Assembly (NCBI GenBank): GCA_964424105.1
Contig: CAYRHJ010000016.1
Coordinates: 75,520-139,519 of the forward strand
Length of the DNA: 64,000 bases
Origin: an uncultured Phycisphaeraceae bacterium
GTDB lineage: Bacteria > Planctomycetota > Phycisphaerae > UBA1845
Direction of reading: 5' to 3'
A program made the translations under genes and the position numbers. The notes under the pieces were generated by a model that saw only the letters and a list, made by a program, of their open reading frames with translations, did no database searches and was not told the DNA's origin. Positions 1 through 9,574 of this stretch are shown here, piece after piece; the stretch's first letter is position 1; each line of letters begins with the position of its first letter.

Positions 1-124
1 CAGCGCGGGCGTGGTTTGGGTTCGCACGATCGCGGTTTGGCTGACGGTGGTCGTGACGGCTGCGTCATTGTTGACCTATTTGATCAAGGCTAGAAGCCTG
101 CTGAACACCGCGACACGCACGTGA
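1..124 (+). CDS. 3' end of an upstream membrane-protein gene (partial, runs off window start)
   Basis: Frame 2 is open from the window edge to TGA at 122-124. It encodes a hydrophobic tail ...GVVWVRTIAVWLTVVVTAASLLTYLIKARSLLNTATRT*. The stop overlaps the uppP GTG start (GTGA). No family recognised. Confidence 0.3.
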   Translation, partial: SAGVVWVRTIAVWLTVVVTAASLLTYLIKARSLLNTATRT

Positions 125-963
125 ACGGGCCCGATTACCTGCAATCCATTCTGCTGGGTGTGATTCAAGGTCTGACCGAATTCCTGCCGGTCAGCAGCAG
201 TGCCCACCTGGTCATATTTCAGAAGCTCCTCGATTTCCAAGGTGACTCGCCCGCGATGCTGCTGTTTGACGTGATGGTTCATCTAGCCACGCTGGTTGCG
301 GTGGTGATGGTGTTCTGGAACTCGATCGTGCGATTCAATCGACGGCTGTGGGAGGAATGCCGAACGTCCTACGCGGGTCGGCGGACGGCGATGCTGATCG
401 CGATGCTGGCCATCATCGCCTGCGTGCCAACGGCGGTGATCGGCCTGGCATTTAAGGACACGTTGGAGCGGGCGTTCAATTCACTATTCAGCACGGGGGT
501 GGCATTGCTGGTGACGGGGGCATTGCTGTTCATGACGGGTCGTTGTCCGCGCCCGCGTCGCGGCTGGCGGCGCGTGGGTGGCTGGCGGGCGTTCCTGATC
601 GGGCTTATTCAGGGGGTCGCGATTCTGCCGGGCATTTCACGGAGCGGCTCGACCATTTCGTTGGCCATTTTTTTGGGTATAAAACGGCGTTGGGCGGCGG
701 AGTTCAGCTTTCTGATCGCCGTGCCGGCCATTCTGGGTGCAAGCATCATCAAGATTCGAGACACGATGGAGTTGCGGGGCGGTCCTGTGGATGCCATTTC
801 CTGGGGGCCGATGATGGCTGGGTCATTCGCGGCATTCGCGGTGGGCGTTTTGGCGCTTCGCTGGCTGGTCCGGCTGGTGCTTCGCCAACGCCTGAATTGG
901 TTCAGCTACTATTGTTGGGCCTTGGGTTTGGGCGTTCTGTTCTGGGACGTGTTTGGTGAGTAA
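121..963 (+). CDS. uppP: undecaprenyl-diphosphate phosphatase (BacA/UppP)
   Basis: 280 aa polytopic membrane protein. The N-terminal signature GVIQGLTEFLPVSSSAHL and the later PGISRSGSTI motif are the two conserved UppP motifs. Confidence 0.93.
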   Translation: MNGPDYLQSILLGVIQGLTEFLPVSSSAHLVIFQKLLDFQGDSPAMLLFDVMVHLATLVAVVMVFWNSIVRFNRRLWEECRTSYAGRRTAMLIAMLAIIACVPTAVIGLAFKDTLERAFNSLFSTGVALLVTGALLFMTGRCPRPRRGWRRVGGWRAFLIGLIQGVAILPGISRSGSTISLAIFLGIKRRWAAEFSFLIAVPAILGASIIKIRDTMELRGGPVDAISWGPMMAGSFAAFAVGVLALRWLVRLVLRQRLNWFSYYCWALGLGVLFWDVFGE

Positions 964-1070
964 CACGAACACGGTGGCTGAGATTGGTTGCGTGAATTAT
1001 GGGTCCGGTAATAAATCACGGTGGGCTGGGCGGTTGGCGCGGCCTCAAATGATGGTGCGGCGGGATTTTG

Positions 1071-1922
1071 ATGCCGTGCGACACTTGGTATTTTGGTAAG
1101 TTTGTGTTTGTGAGACAAACCCATTCCACAATTCGGTGTTTGCTGAATCTGGCGGCCTATGTCGCCGCGGGGATGGGCTTTGCGGTTCCCGCACAAGGGG
1201 GGACGATCGATGCGGTGGGTGCGGCCCCGACGCAGTTCGACTGGCAGATTACGCGGGTGGCGTCGGGGTGGGGCACGGCCCAGGTCTTCGACGGCGGCCC
1301 GGAGGTCTTCGACGACGGGGACACGACCGGTCCCAGCGGGATTGTCTTCGATGCTTTTGACTTCACAGGGAGTGGTGCATCGGGAGCGGATTACAGTAGC
1401 ACCGGAAGAATAAGGATCGGCTTTGGGAAACTGGGCCTCGGGCTTGATGTGGACTTTTCAAGTACGTATATTGCCTCCTCACACATCAATGCCGACCGAC
1501 CGGGTGGTCGGGGGGCCGGAAAGCTCACCACCGTGGTGGAGTTTGTCATGCCGGTGGACGAGCTGCTGTGGGAGATTTCTTACCGAATACGTCAAAGCCC
1601 GGGGTTCAGTGGTTCCTCGCGTGTCCTGGTGGAGAACGTCACGCAGTTCGTCGTGGTCAGGGATCTGATGTCGGACACGTTCACGGACACCGTGCTCACC
1701 GGCAACGAAGGCGACCTGATCCGCATCACGGCGTCCATGGCCGGCGAGGGGGAGGTTCCCGCGGGGTTCGCTTTCGCAGGCGGGTACAGCACCGATTTTA
1801 GTTTCGTTTTCCTCGTTCCCGAGCCGACAACGGGCGCGCTGCTGTCGGTCGGGGCGTTGATCCTATTCCGTAGACGAACGTTTTCATCCAATCCATCTTC
1901 CTCAAACTCCAGGAGTTCATGA
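1071..1922 (+). CDS. PEP-CTERM sorting-domain secreted protein
   Basis: C-terminus FLVPEPTTGALLSVGALILFRRR has the PEP motif, a TM helix and an Arg cluster. A hydrophobic N-terminal leader is present. Start uncertain: the ORF-track start at 1068 is TTG and the first ATG is at 1071. Confidence 0.75.
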   Translation: MPCDTWYFGKFVFVRQTHSTIRCLLNLAAYVAAGMGFAVPAQGGTIDAVGAAPTQFDWQITRVASGWGTAQVFDGGPEVFDDGDTTGPSGIVFDAFDFTGSGASGADYSSTGRIRIGFGKLGLGLDVDFSSTYIASSHINADRPGGRGAGKLTTVVEFVMPVDELLWEISYRIRQSPGFSGSSRVLVENVTQFVVVRDLMSDTFTDTVLTGNEGDLIRITASMAGEGEVPAGFAFAGGYSTDFSFVFLVPEPTTGALLSVGALILFRRRTFSSNPSSSNSRSS

Positions 1923-1923
1923 C

Positions 1924-2622
1924 ATGCCGCCGAAGACCGCTTTGAGTTCATTCGTATGTGTCTTTTCAATGGTTATCGGAACGTCGACATCGATGGGACA
2001 AGCACCTGAGTGTCCTTTTCTTGAGGACGATATTTCGATTCTGTTCGTCGACATCGACGTAACCACCAGCGGCGACGGGAGCACTTGGGCCAATGCATTC
2101 AAGTACGTTCAAGACGCGCTTCTTGCTGCCAATCCGGCGACGGGCGAGCGCATACAGATTTGGGTCGCGGAGGGAACGTACGCACCGACCGACCGCTGGT
2201 GCACGCAAACGAGCGACTGCGGATTCACAGCCAGCGCCTGCGTCAACAACCAGTGCGTCTGGATCGATCCCCGCGTTCAAACATTTCTTCTGAACGAGGA
2301 CGTGGAGCTGTACGGCGGATTCAACGGGACGCAAGACCCCGCGACGTTCGATCTGTCCGACCCGTCCCTGCGTCCCCATCTGACCATCCTGACCGGTGAC
2401 GTTGCCCGCGACGACGGCCCGTGCAGCAATCCATCACAGTGTGCCGGTGGAGGCTGCGTCACTCGACCGGGGGAATTCGATTCCTTTTGCTACGGCGACA
2501 ACAGCTACCATGTCGTTCGATCCGGGGGCGTCGCCTACAATACCGCCGTAGAAGTCTCCAAGTACACGTGGACGATGTTCTATACTCGAACGGCGGCCAC
2601 CCTTGCGGCGGCGTGGATATGA
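1924..2622 (+). CDS. secreted beta-helix-type protein fragment, possibly frameshifted or truncated
   Basis: Signal-like N-terminus. SGDGSTWANAFKYVQDALLAANPATGERIQIWVAEGTYAP is typical of the N-terminal cap of right-handed beta-helix surface proteins. The family-like sequence appears to continue in frame +3 to 2678 (VDDVLYSNGG..GGVDM..N..SS..I). Starts 1 nt after the stop of the upstream gene. Confidence 0.5.
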   Translation: MPPKTALSSFVCVFSMVIGTSTSMGQAPECPFLEDDISILFVDIDVTTSGDGSTWANAFKYVQDALLAANPATGERIQIWVAEGTYAPTDRWCTQTSDCGFTASACVNNQCVWIDPRVQTFLLNEDVELYGGFNGTQDPATFDLSDPSLRPHLTILTGDVARDDGPCSNPSQCAGGGCVTRPGEFDSFCYGDNSYHVVRSGGVAYNTAVEVSKYTWTMFYTRTAATLAAAWI

Positions 2623-2744
2623 CGGTGAACATCATCAGTAGCACCGACATTGCGGTCAGAGCTGTTTGGGATTATTGATGAACCCCTACGGCGCGTAGGT
2701 GTCATGCCATGGAAAACAGCGGTCACAAATCGGAGAAATGGATC

Positions 2745-3368
2745 ATGAGAGCAAGGACGTTCTTGATGACGCTCGGTGTCGTGGTGACAGGTTCGACATT
2801 GGCCGAGGCGGAGCCGATCCTTTTGGCGTCGTTCGACGCATTGGTAAACGGAGGGCATGCTCCCGAAACTGATCCCCGAGTAGAATTCGTTTTGCAACTT
2901 CCGAGCACCTTTCCGCCATCGGCGTTCTTTGGCATTGGGCAAGGTGTATTCTGGGGGGCGGATGATGAAGGTTCGTACAATCTGCGAAGAGAGAACGACC
3001 CAGAATTCCACAACTTTGCTCAATTTGCGACAGACGGCATAAAAGATATCTTCCATCTGTGGGGGTTATTTCCTAATGGTAGCGGTGGGGGCAGCCCGGG
3101 AAGCGAATCCGAGTTGTTCGGTAGAGCGCCCGACCTGCAGGGATTTGAGTTGGATTATGTTCGGCTGAATGTCCACAGCATCGAATTCGAACCGTGGATT
3201 CCATTTCCTGATGTCGAACCAGTCAAGCAGGGTTTCACTTACCAAGCCGAGATTACGTATGAATTCTACGGGATTCCGGAGCCCTCGACGTTATTGTTAC
3301 TGTTGATGTCAGTAGCCTTTGCGGCAAATAGGAAAACAAAAAGTGTTTGGAAGGAAGCACCGAAATGA
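2745..3368 (+). CDS. PEP-CTERM sorting-domain secreted protein
   Basis: C-terminus GIPEPSTLLLLLMSVAFAANRKTK is a PEP-CTERM tail. Signal peptide MRARTFLMTLGVVVTGSTLAEA. GGAG lies 9 nt upstream of the ATG at 2745. The ORF track starts earlier, at 2709. Confidence 0.75.
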   Translation: MRARTFLMTLGVVVTGSTLAEAEPILLASFDALVNGGHAPETDPRVEFVLQLPSTFPPSAFFGIGQGVFWGADDEGSYNLRRENDPEFHNFAQFATDGIKDIFHLWGLFPNGSGGGSPGSESELFGRAPDLQGFELDYVRLNVHSIEFEPWIPFPDVEPVKQGFTYQAEITYEFYGIPEPSTLLLLLMSVAFAANRKTKSVWKEAPK

Positions 3369-5548
3369 TGACGAAGCAATCCCTATTTCTCGGTGGAATA
3401 TATTTCATCGTTATTGGCGCTGCTGCTGCGAATGCCCAGTGCGTCGCAGGGGGAAGTGACACCCAGCCAGGGCTTGAAGGATCAAGAACCCTCCCTCATT
3501 CCTTTCCGAATCGATGTCTGGCAGCTTCGGAGACAAACGTGCAGCTTACAATCGAGGCCATGGCCGACCTTGGTTGTAACGCCTTTGACGGGACTCATGA
3601 TCCTCCGCAGGGTGGTGGATGCCCAGATGCGTGTACTCCGATCTGTTGTGATGAGCTGCCGACTGACAAATTCGTAACGGTTACAGCCAATTTCACTTCA
3701 CTAAGCGACTCGATCCCTGGAGGCACCAACATGCCCACGGGCGGGTTGTTCTTTAAGGACTGGGAGGGGGACTGCGTGAGTTCTTCGACTGCTTGTCTCG
3801 AGGCTGGTCGGTCACCCTGTGACCCTGATTTTCCGGCGGCGAATCGGCGGATCGTCACCGTGCCCGCTTCCACGTGGAACACGTGGCTTGGAGCGAGCGG
3901 CAATACAATGACTATTCGAGTGACGGCCAGCAACGCGGTTGCAACCGCACCGATTGACGCTCGGGCTCTCGCTTTGTACTGCGAGAATCTGGGATTCAAC
4001 CAATGTCCGTTCCAAAGCTGCTCTGGACTGTGCGGGCCGGACACGTTCTCGCGGGTGTCGATCTCTTATACACCCGTGCCGGACTGCGTTCCATCGGAAT
4101 GCCCGCAGGGCAATTCCTGCCAGCAAGGAGCGTGCAGCGGTGGGAATTGTATCCTCGTGAACTTGCCGAACGGCACAGCCTGCGGGAGTCAGAACAACAC
4201 CGACTGCGACAATCCCAACACCTGCAACGGATCGGGAACGTGCTTGAACAACTTCGAGCCGAGCGGGACAGCCTGCACTTCCGACGGCAACGTCTGTACG
4301 GACGACGTCTGCAACGGGGCGGGGGCCTGCACGCACCCCAATGAGCCGGACGGCACATCGTGCGACGACGCCGTCTTCTGCAACGGTATCGACACCTGTT
4401 CGAGTGGCGCCTGCGCGAGCAGCGGGAGTCCTTGCGACCCGACCGAGATGTGCTGCGAAATCACCGATGACTGCGGTGCCTGTTGTCTGGACTCCGACTG
4501 CGACGACGCGGTGGTCTGCACGGACGACTCCTGCAACGCAACCACGAAGCAGTGTGACTTCGTCTCCAACGACGCCAACTGCGACGACGGACTGCCGTGT
4601 ACGAGCGACACATGCACGGGTCTTGACTGCGCCAACGCGCTCCAGAGCGGATGTCTCATCGACGGGGTGTGCTACACCCATAGCCAGGAGAATCCGACCA
4701 ATCCATGCTTGGAGTGCAATGAATCATTTTCCACGGGCGACTGGTCGGACAAGGCCTACGCCTTTGAGCTCTGCGATGATTCCAGCGTGTGCACGTACGA
4801 CGAATGCAGCCAGGGAGCCTGCGCCCATCCCGCGAACGTGTACGGAGACCTGAATCACGATGGTGTCGTTTCGCTATTCGACCTGTTCTGCATGATAAAC
4901 GGGTTTCACGATAGTTTTCAGGACCCCAGTCTCAATTGCACGATGGATCGAATTGATGTTGAACCGTGCGGAGGCAACGGGACCATCAATATGAAGGACC
5001 TTTACGCCGTTTTCAACGCGTTCAGCGACTGCGACCCGTGCTGCAGCGCGCCGGACCCGTGCGCGGGAACGTACGGGATCACCGGTCCCGGCACAATTGA
5101 CCTGTGGCTGACCGCGGTCCCGTCATCCGGGCCGGGCGGGATTCTCTACAACGTAGAGCTGCGCGCCGACAACTTCATCAAGCTCGACGGGTATGAAGCC
5201 GCCATCATCATTACCGGCGGCACACAAGGCACGTTGACGCTGGAGAATCTTTTCATTGACCAGCAGCGGTCCGATTACGTGTTCCAAGGCCTGGGTTCGC
5301 CGGTCAGCGCATTCGACCCTGGTCGATCACGGATGATGTCCGCTTTGGACGGCAGCGGCGTGAATTCCAGTGGGCCGGTGTACCTGGGGACGTTCGCTCT
5401 ACGGGCCTCCGGGGCAGCCGAGGGAAACTTTACCGTCTCATTGGCGGGAGGTACAAGCACACTGGCCGCCGAAGTTGGAGGCGCGGAGATGACGATCAGC
5501 GTCACCAGCGCAGCGCAGATCACCATCGGCCCCCAAACCGGACTCTAA
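3365..5548 (+). CDS. secreted Cys-rich repeat protein with a dockerin-like pair and a C-terminal cohesin-like module
   Basis: ATGA start/stop overlap with the upstream gene. Signal peptide MMTKQSLFLGGIYFIVIGAAAANA. About 250 aa of C.DGN.CT.D.C..G.C type repeats. Ca-loop pair GDLNHDGVVSLFDLFCMINGF / GGNGTINMKDLYAVFNAF (nt ~4841-5030). C-terminal beta-sandwich-like segment (nt ~5085-5545). Confidence 0.85.
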   Translation: MMTKQSLFLGGIYFIVIGAAAANAQCVAGGSDTQPGLEGSRTLPHSFPNRCLAASETNVQLTIEAMADLGCNAFDGTHDPPQGGGCPDACTPICCDELPTDKFVTVTANFTSLSDSIPGGTNMPTGGLFFKDWEGDCVSSSTACLEAGRSPCDPDFPAANRRIVTVPASTWNTWLGASGNTMTIRVTASNAVATAPIDARALALYCENLGFNQCPFQSCSGLCGPDTFSRVSISYTPVPDCVPSECPQGNSCQQGACSGGNCILVNLPNGTACGSQNNTDCDNPNTCNGSGTCLNNFEPSGTACTSDGNVCTDDVCNGAGACTHPNEPDGTSCDDAVFCNGIDTCSSGACASSGSPCDPTEMCCEITDDCGACCLDSDCDDAVVCTDDSCNATTKQCDFVSNDANCDDGLPCTSDTCTGLDCANALQSGCLIDGVCYTHSQENPTNPCLECNESFSTGDWSDKAYAFELCDDSSVCTYDECSQGACAHPANVYGDLNHDGVVSLFDLFCMINGFHDSFQDPSLNCTMDRIDVEPCGGNGTINMKDLYAVFNAFSDCDPCCSAPDPCAGTYGITGPGTIDLWLTAVPSSGPGGILYNVELRADNFIKLDGYEAAIIITGGTQGTLTLENLFIDQQRSDYVFQGLGSPVSAFDPGRSRMMSALDGSGVNSSGPVYLGTFALRASGAAEGNFTVSLAGGTSTLAAEVGGAEMTISVTSAAQITIGPQTGL

Positions 5549-5726
5549 CTTTTGCCGTTTTTGAATCTGGCGAAAGCTGGGCAACATTGTTATTAAAGTG
5601 ACTTCCGAGTCTTGGAACACCCCGCGATCAAGAACGGGTTTCCAAAATCAGGCAATGAGGTCGGATAGTCTTAGGAGAATGGGAAGTTTCATGCTTCGCA
5701 AAATTGCAAAAGTCGAGCTAAGAATT

Positions 5727-6764
5727 ATGATTCCTTGGCACCGGTTTGCAGTTTCGGCGTTGATATTGGTGATCGCGTCGTCGGTCCGCGCCGGAGATCC
5801 CGCGCCCAAACCGCGTGCAGAGCGTTTGAAATTCGATGCGAAACAATCGCAGTGGGTGGAACTGCCGCCACCCCAACCGGGCACGGCTGAAGGCGACCTG
5901 GCCTTGGCACAGGCGATGCTGACCGACGAACGCTTCGCCGAGGCCCGCAAGGCGATGAAAGCCTGGGTCAAGACCTATGGTGCGAATGATATTTATTATC
6001 CTGCGGCATTACTGAACCGCGCCCGCATCGAAAAGGCGCTACGCAATTACTATCAGGCGTATCTGCTGCTGGACGAGTTGCTCGTCTCGTTTCGGATGAG
6101 CGAGGCGGCGGAAGACGCGGTTGTGGAGCTTTTCAATATTGCGGAGGTTTTCTTGAGCGGCGTGAAGCGCAAGGTCTGGGGCATGCGGATCCTGGACGCT
6201 CGTGATTTGGGAATCGAGATTTTGGATCGTATCAGCGCGGACTATAACGGGACCGACGTGGCTGAGTTAGCGATCAAGGCCAAGGCGGATTATTTCTACG
6301 GTCGGGGCGATTTCGCGCTGGCGGAGTTCGAGTTTGGCCGTTTGGCTAACGAGTATCCAATCAGCCGATATGTACGATACGCCATGCGTCGTGGGGCGGA
6401 TTCGGCGCTGGCCAGTTTTCGCGGCGTGGCCTTCGACGACGCCCCGCTGGTGGAATCTGAAGAAAGGTATCGCCTGTACGCTCGCGCCTATCCGGGTTTG
6501 GCGGAGCAGGAGGGCATCGGTTTGATTCTGCAAAATATTCGCGAACGTCGCGCCGGCAAGGAACTGGAAACGGCGTATTTCTACCGTCGAACCAAGCACA
6601 CGAAGGCGGCGGCGTTTTATCTACGTTCCGTGGTCGAACATTGGCCGGGTACGGTGGCGGCACGCCGGGCGCTGGGTGACCTGGAGCGCATGGGAATGGG
6701 CGTGGCTGGTTCACCTCCTACCGTCGAGTCTGATGCTCGTGCGGGATCGCAGCCGGAAGGATAG
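5727..6764 (+). CDS. TPR-like outer-membrane assembly protein (BamD/YfiO-like)
   Basis: Signal-like MIPWHRFAVSALILVIASSVRAG followed by helical TPR-like repeats (YYPAALLNRARIEKALRNYYQAYLLLDELL; YFYGRGDFALAEFEFGRLANEYP). Start uncertain; the ORF is open from 5598. Function is a pattern-level guess. Confidence 0.6.
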   Translation: MIPWHRFAVSALILVIASSVRAGDPAPKPRAERLKFDAKQSQWVELPPPQPGTAEGDLALAQAMLTDERFAEARKAMKAWVKTYGANDIYYPAALLNRARIEKALRNYYQAYLLLDELLVSFRMSEAAEDAVVELFNIAEVFLSGVKRKVWGMRILDARDLGIEILDRISADYNGTDVAELAIKAKADYFYGRGDFALAEFEFGRLANEYPISRYVRYAMRRGADSALASFRGVAFDDAPLVESEERYRLYARAYPGLAEQEGIGLILQNIRERRAGKELETAYFYRRTKHTKAAAFYLRSVVEHWPGTVAARRALGDLERMGMGVAGSPPTVESDARAGSQPEG

Positions 6765-6788
6765 GAATTGGGCCGAAAGGAAATCCGG

Positions 6789-7307
6789 ATGCCTGGTTCA
6801 ATGGCTTCAAATACGCGACTGTGTTTCGGTGGCCTTGTCGGCACCTGCCTGCCGATGGTCTTATGGGGCTGTGGGTATACGACGGTACGTCCGTTTCCGC
6901 AGGACGTGAAGACGATTCACGTGGAGATGTTGGATTCCAAGGAGTTTCGGCGGGAACTGGAATTCAAGCTGACCGAAGCGGTGGTTAAGCGGATCGAGAT
7001 GGACACGCCCTATCGAATCGTCGAAAAGCATCGCGCCGACAGCATTTTGTCGGGGGAAATTATAGAAGTCCAACAGCGGACATTCGGGACGGATTTCGAG
7101 GGTGATCGTCCTCGTGAAACCGCATCCACCATTGTCATGACTTGGCGATGGAAAAACATGCGAACAGGGGACTTACGTGAATTTCCGCGACATGTTTATA
7201 CGACTACTTACATCCCGCCCGTGGGTGAAACTTTCCAAACGGGCATGGTCCGTGGATTGGACGGATTGGCCGAGCAAGTCGTTCAAGCCATGGAAACCGA
7301 ATGGTAG
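6789..7307 (+). CDS. LptE-like outer-membrane lipoprotein
   Basis: Lipobox LWGC at the end of the signal peptide. The pattern IHVEMLDSKEFRRELEFKLTEAVVKRIE...ADSILSGEIIEV resembles the LptE family. AAGGA lies 8 nt upstream of the ATG. Confidence 0.6.
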   Translation: MPGSMASNTRLCFGGLVGTCLPMVLWGCGYTTVRPFPQDVKTIHVEMLDSKEFRRELEFKLTEAVVKRIEMDTPYRIVEKHRADSILSGEIIEVQQRTFGTDFEGDRPRETASTIVMTWRWKNMRTGDLREFPRHVYTTTYIPPVGETFQTGMVRGLDGLAEQVVQAMETEW

Positions 7308-7427
7308 TGTCCATAAGATGGGTCAGGGGATTCCGCGATGTTTTTCGCATTTTCGGGCTGGTTGTTATGATCGCATAACGGCCGAGCCGATTCGTACGTT
7401 TAAGGTCAGTACTGGAGTTATGTCTTA

Positions 7428-9437
7428 ATGCCCGAAGGAAACGGAAAGAATCCGGAAAAGCCTACGCCGCAGAAAGCGGGCGACGCCGGTCCCAAAATGT
7501 CGCGCGGCATGATGAGCTGGCTGGCGTTCGCGGTGCTGGCGATCATGCTGGTGCTGCTGTTGAATCAGGGCATCGAGGATCGTCAGACTATTACTTACGA
7601 CGCGTTCTATCGCGCCGTGGAGGCGGAGAACGTCGAGAAAATCAACGTCCGCGAACAGGTTATCCGCGGGCAATTCAAGGAAGCGCAAGGCGAAGCGGCT
7701 GGAACGAACCGCCTGTTCAAGGTTGAAGTCAAGAAGGAAATCGTTGACGCGGAATTCCTGGCCTGGCTTATTAATAAATGTCCCGACGCCGTGGTTCAAA
7801 TGGAGCAGGACAGCGTGTGGGTCACGCTGCTGGTGGCGCTTCTGCCTTGGCTACTGATTTTCGCGTTCATCTGGTTCGTGGTGTTTCGCCAATTGCGGAG
7901 CGCGGGCGGCGGTCCGGGGATGTTCGGCAGCTTCGGCCGATCGCGACATCGCATCACCAGCAAGGAACACACGACGGTGCGATTTATCGACGTGGCCGGC
8001 ATCGCTGAAGCCAAGGACGAAGTACGCGAGCTGATCGAGTTTTTGAAGAATCCCAAGCGGTTTCAGCGTTTGGGCGGTCGCATCCCCCGCGGGGTGTTGC
8101 TGGTCGGGCTGCCGGGCTGCGGCAAGACGCTGTTGGCCAAGGCCATCGCCGGTGAGGCGGAAGTGCCGTTTTTCTCGATCAGCGGGTCCGATTTTGTGGA
8201 AATGTTTGTGGGCGTGGGCGCTTCGCGCGTGCGAGACCTGTTCAAACAGGCCAAGGAGAATTCGCCCTGCATCATATTCCTGGACGAGATAGACGCGGTG
8301 GGCCGTCGCCGGGGGGCGAACTTCAGCGGGGGCGGTCACGACGAACGAGAGCAGACGCTGAACGCCATCCTGGTCGAGATGGACGGTTTCGATACGTCAG
8401 ATCAGGTGATCGTGATTGCGGCCACGAACCGGGTGGACGTGCTTGATCCGGCGTTGATCCGACCGGGGCGTTTTGATCGGCAGGTGTACGTGTCGCTGCC
8501 CGACATTCAGGGTCGTTATGAAATTTTGAAGGTCCACGCGAAGAAAGTGAAACTGGGCCCCACGGTCGATCTGCGTCAGTTGGCCCGCGGGACGCCCATG
8601 TTCAGCGGTGCGGACTTGGCGGCGATTATCAATGAATCCGCGCTGATTGCGACCATGTCCAACAAGGACTCGATTGAGCAGTCGGACCTGGACGAGGCTC
8701 GCGACAAGGTCCGCTGGGGGCGAGCCCAACGAAGCCGCGTGGTCGATGAACAGGATCAGAAAGTCGTCGCGTATCACGAAGCCGGCCATGCACTCGTGCA
8801 GGCCTTGGAAAAAAACGCGGATCCCCTGCACAAGGTGAGCATCATCCCGCGTCGTGACATGGGGGGTGCGACGTTTGCATTACCGGAACGTGATCGCATG
8901 GTCTACACCATGTCGTATCTTCGAGCGATGTTGAAAGTGACGCTGGGCGGTCGCCTGGCTGAGGAGATTTTTTGCGGAGAAATCAGCAGTGGAGCCGCGG
9001 GCGATATTCAGCAGGCCACCGAAATCGCCCGCAACATGGTGACTCAGTGGGGCATGACGGAAGACGTCGGGTTCGTCTATCTGGGCGAGGAGCGCGGGGC
9101 GTTCGATTTCAGCATGCGGCATTATTCGGAAGAAACGGCTGGAAAAATCGACACAGCCATCAAGCGAATCGTGGATACCGCCTACGCTGAAACCAAGCAG
9201 GTCATGTTGCAATATCGCGAAAAGGGTGAAGCCATCGCTAAAGCGCTGCTCAAGTATGAAACGTTGAGCGGCGACGAAGTGAACGCCCTGATCCGCGGGG
9301 ATTCCATCGAGAAGCCGACCGTCACGGACCTGCTGGACGGGGCCATGCCCTCGCCGGTGGGCACGGCTCGGCCCATCCCGGCTGATTCCAAGGACGAAGT
9401 GGATCTGGGTGAAGGCACGCTTCCCCAGCCGGGTTGA
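7428..9437 (+). CDS. ftsH: ATP-dependent zinc metalloprotease FtsH
   Basis: Walker [19 protein letters not shown], Walker [10 protein letters not shown], second region of homology, Zn site HEAGHAL, two N-terminal TM helices. Confidence 0.97.
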   Translation: MPEGNGKNPEKPTPQKAGDAGPKMSRGMMSWLAFAVLAIMLVLLLNQGIEDRQTITYDAFYRAVEAENVEKINVREQVIRGQFKEAQGEAAGTNRLFKVEVKKEIVDAEFLAWLINKCPDAVVQMEQDSVWVTLLVALLPWLLIFAFIWFVVFRQLRSAGGGPGMFGSFGRSRHRITSKEHTTVRFIDVAGIAEAKDEVRELIEFLKNPKRFQRLGGRIPRGVLLVGLPGCGKTLLAKAIAGEAEVPFFSISGSDFVEMFVGVGASRVRDLFKQAKENSPCIIFLDEIDAVGRRRGANFSGGGHDEREQTLNAILVEMDGFDTSDQVIVIAATNRVDVLDPALIRPGRFDRQVYVSLPDIQGRYEILKVHAKKVKLGPTVDLRQLARGTPMFSGADLAAIINESALIATMSNKDSIEQSDLDEARDKVRWGRAQRSRVVDEQDQKVVAYHEAGHALVQALEKNADPLHKVSIIPRRDMGGATFALPERDRMVYTMSYLRAMLKVTLGGRLAEEIFCGEISSGAAGDIQQATEIARNMVTQWGMTEDVGFVYLGEERGAFDFSMRHYSEETAGKIDTAIKRIVDTAYAETKQVMLQYREKGEAIAKALLKYETLSGDEVNALIRGDSIEKPTVTDLLDGAMPSPVGTARPIPADSKDEVDLGEGTLPQPG

Positions 9438-9574
9438 TCGACACGTCTTGATGGAATGGGTCGCTTGATCGTTTTCTAACATGGGCTGCATCCGCGAATG
9501 CGCAATGCTGAATCGTGGCAATGGTCCGCGCTTCACGTTACGTGTTTCGCGGCGTTCGGGTTAGAATCCATCGC

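Noticed and set aside
5736-5749. TGGCAC-cggt-TTGC sigma-54-like string (and TGGCAC-gat-TTGC at about 52731)
   Set aside because: The spacers are 4 and 3 nt instead of the required 5. The first also lies inside the signal-peptide coding region of the BamD-like gene.
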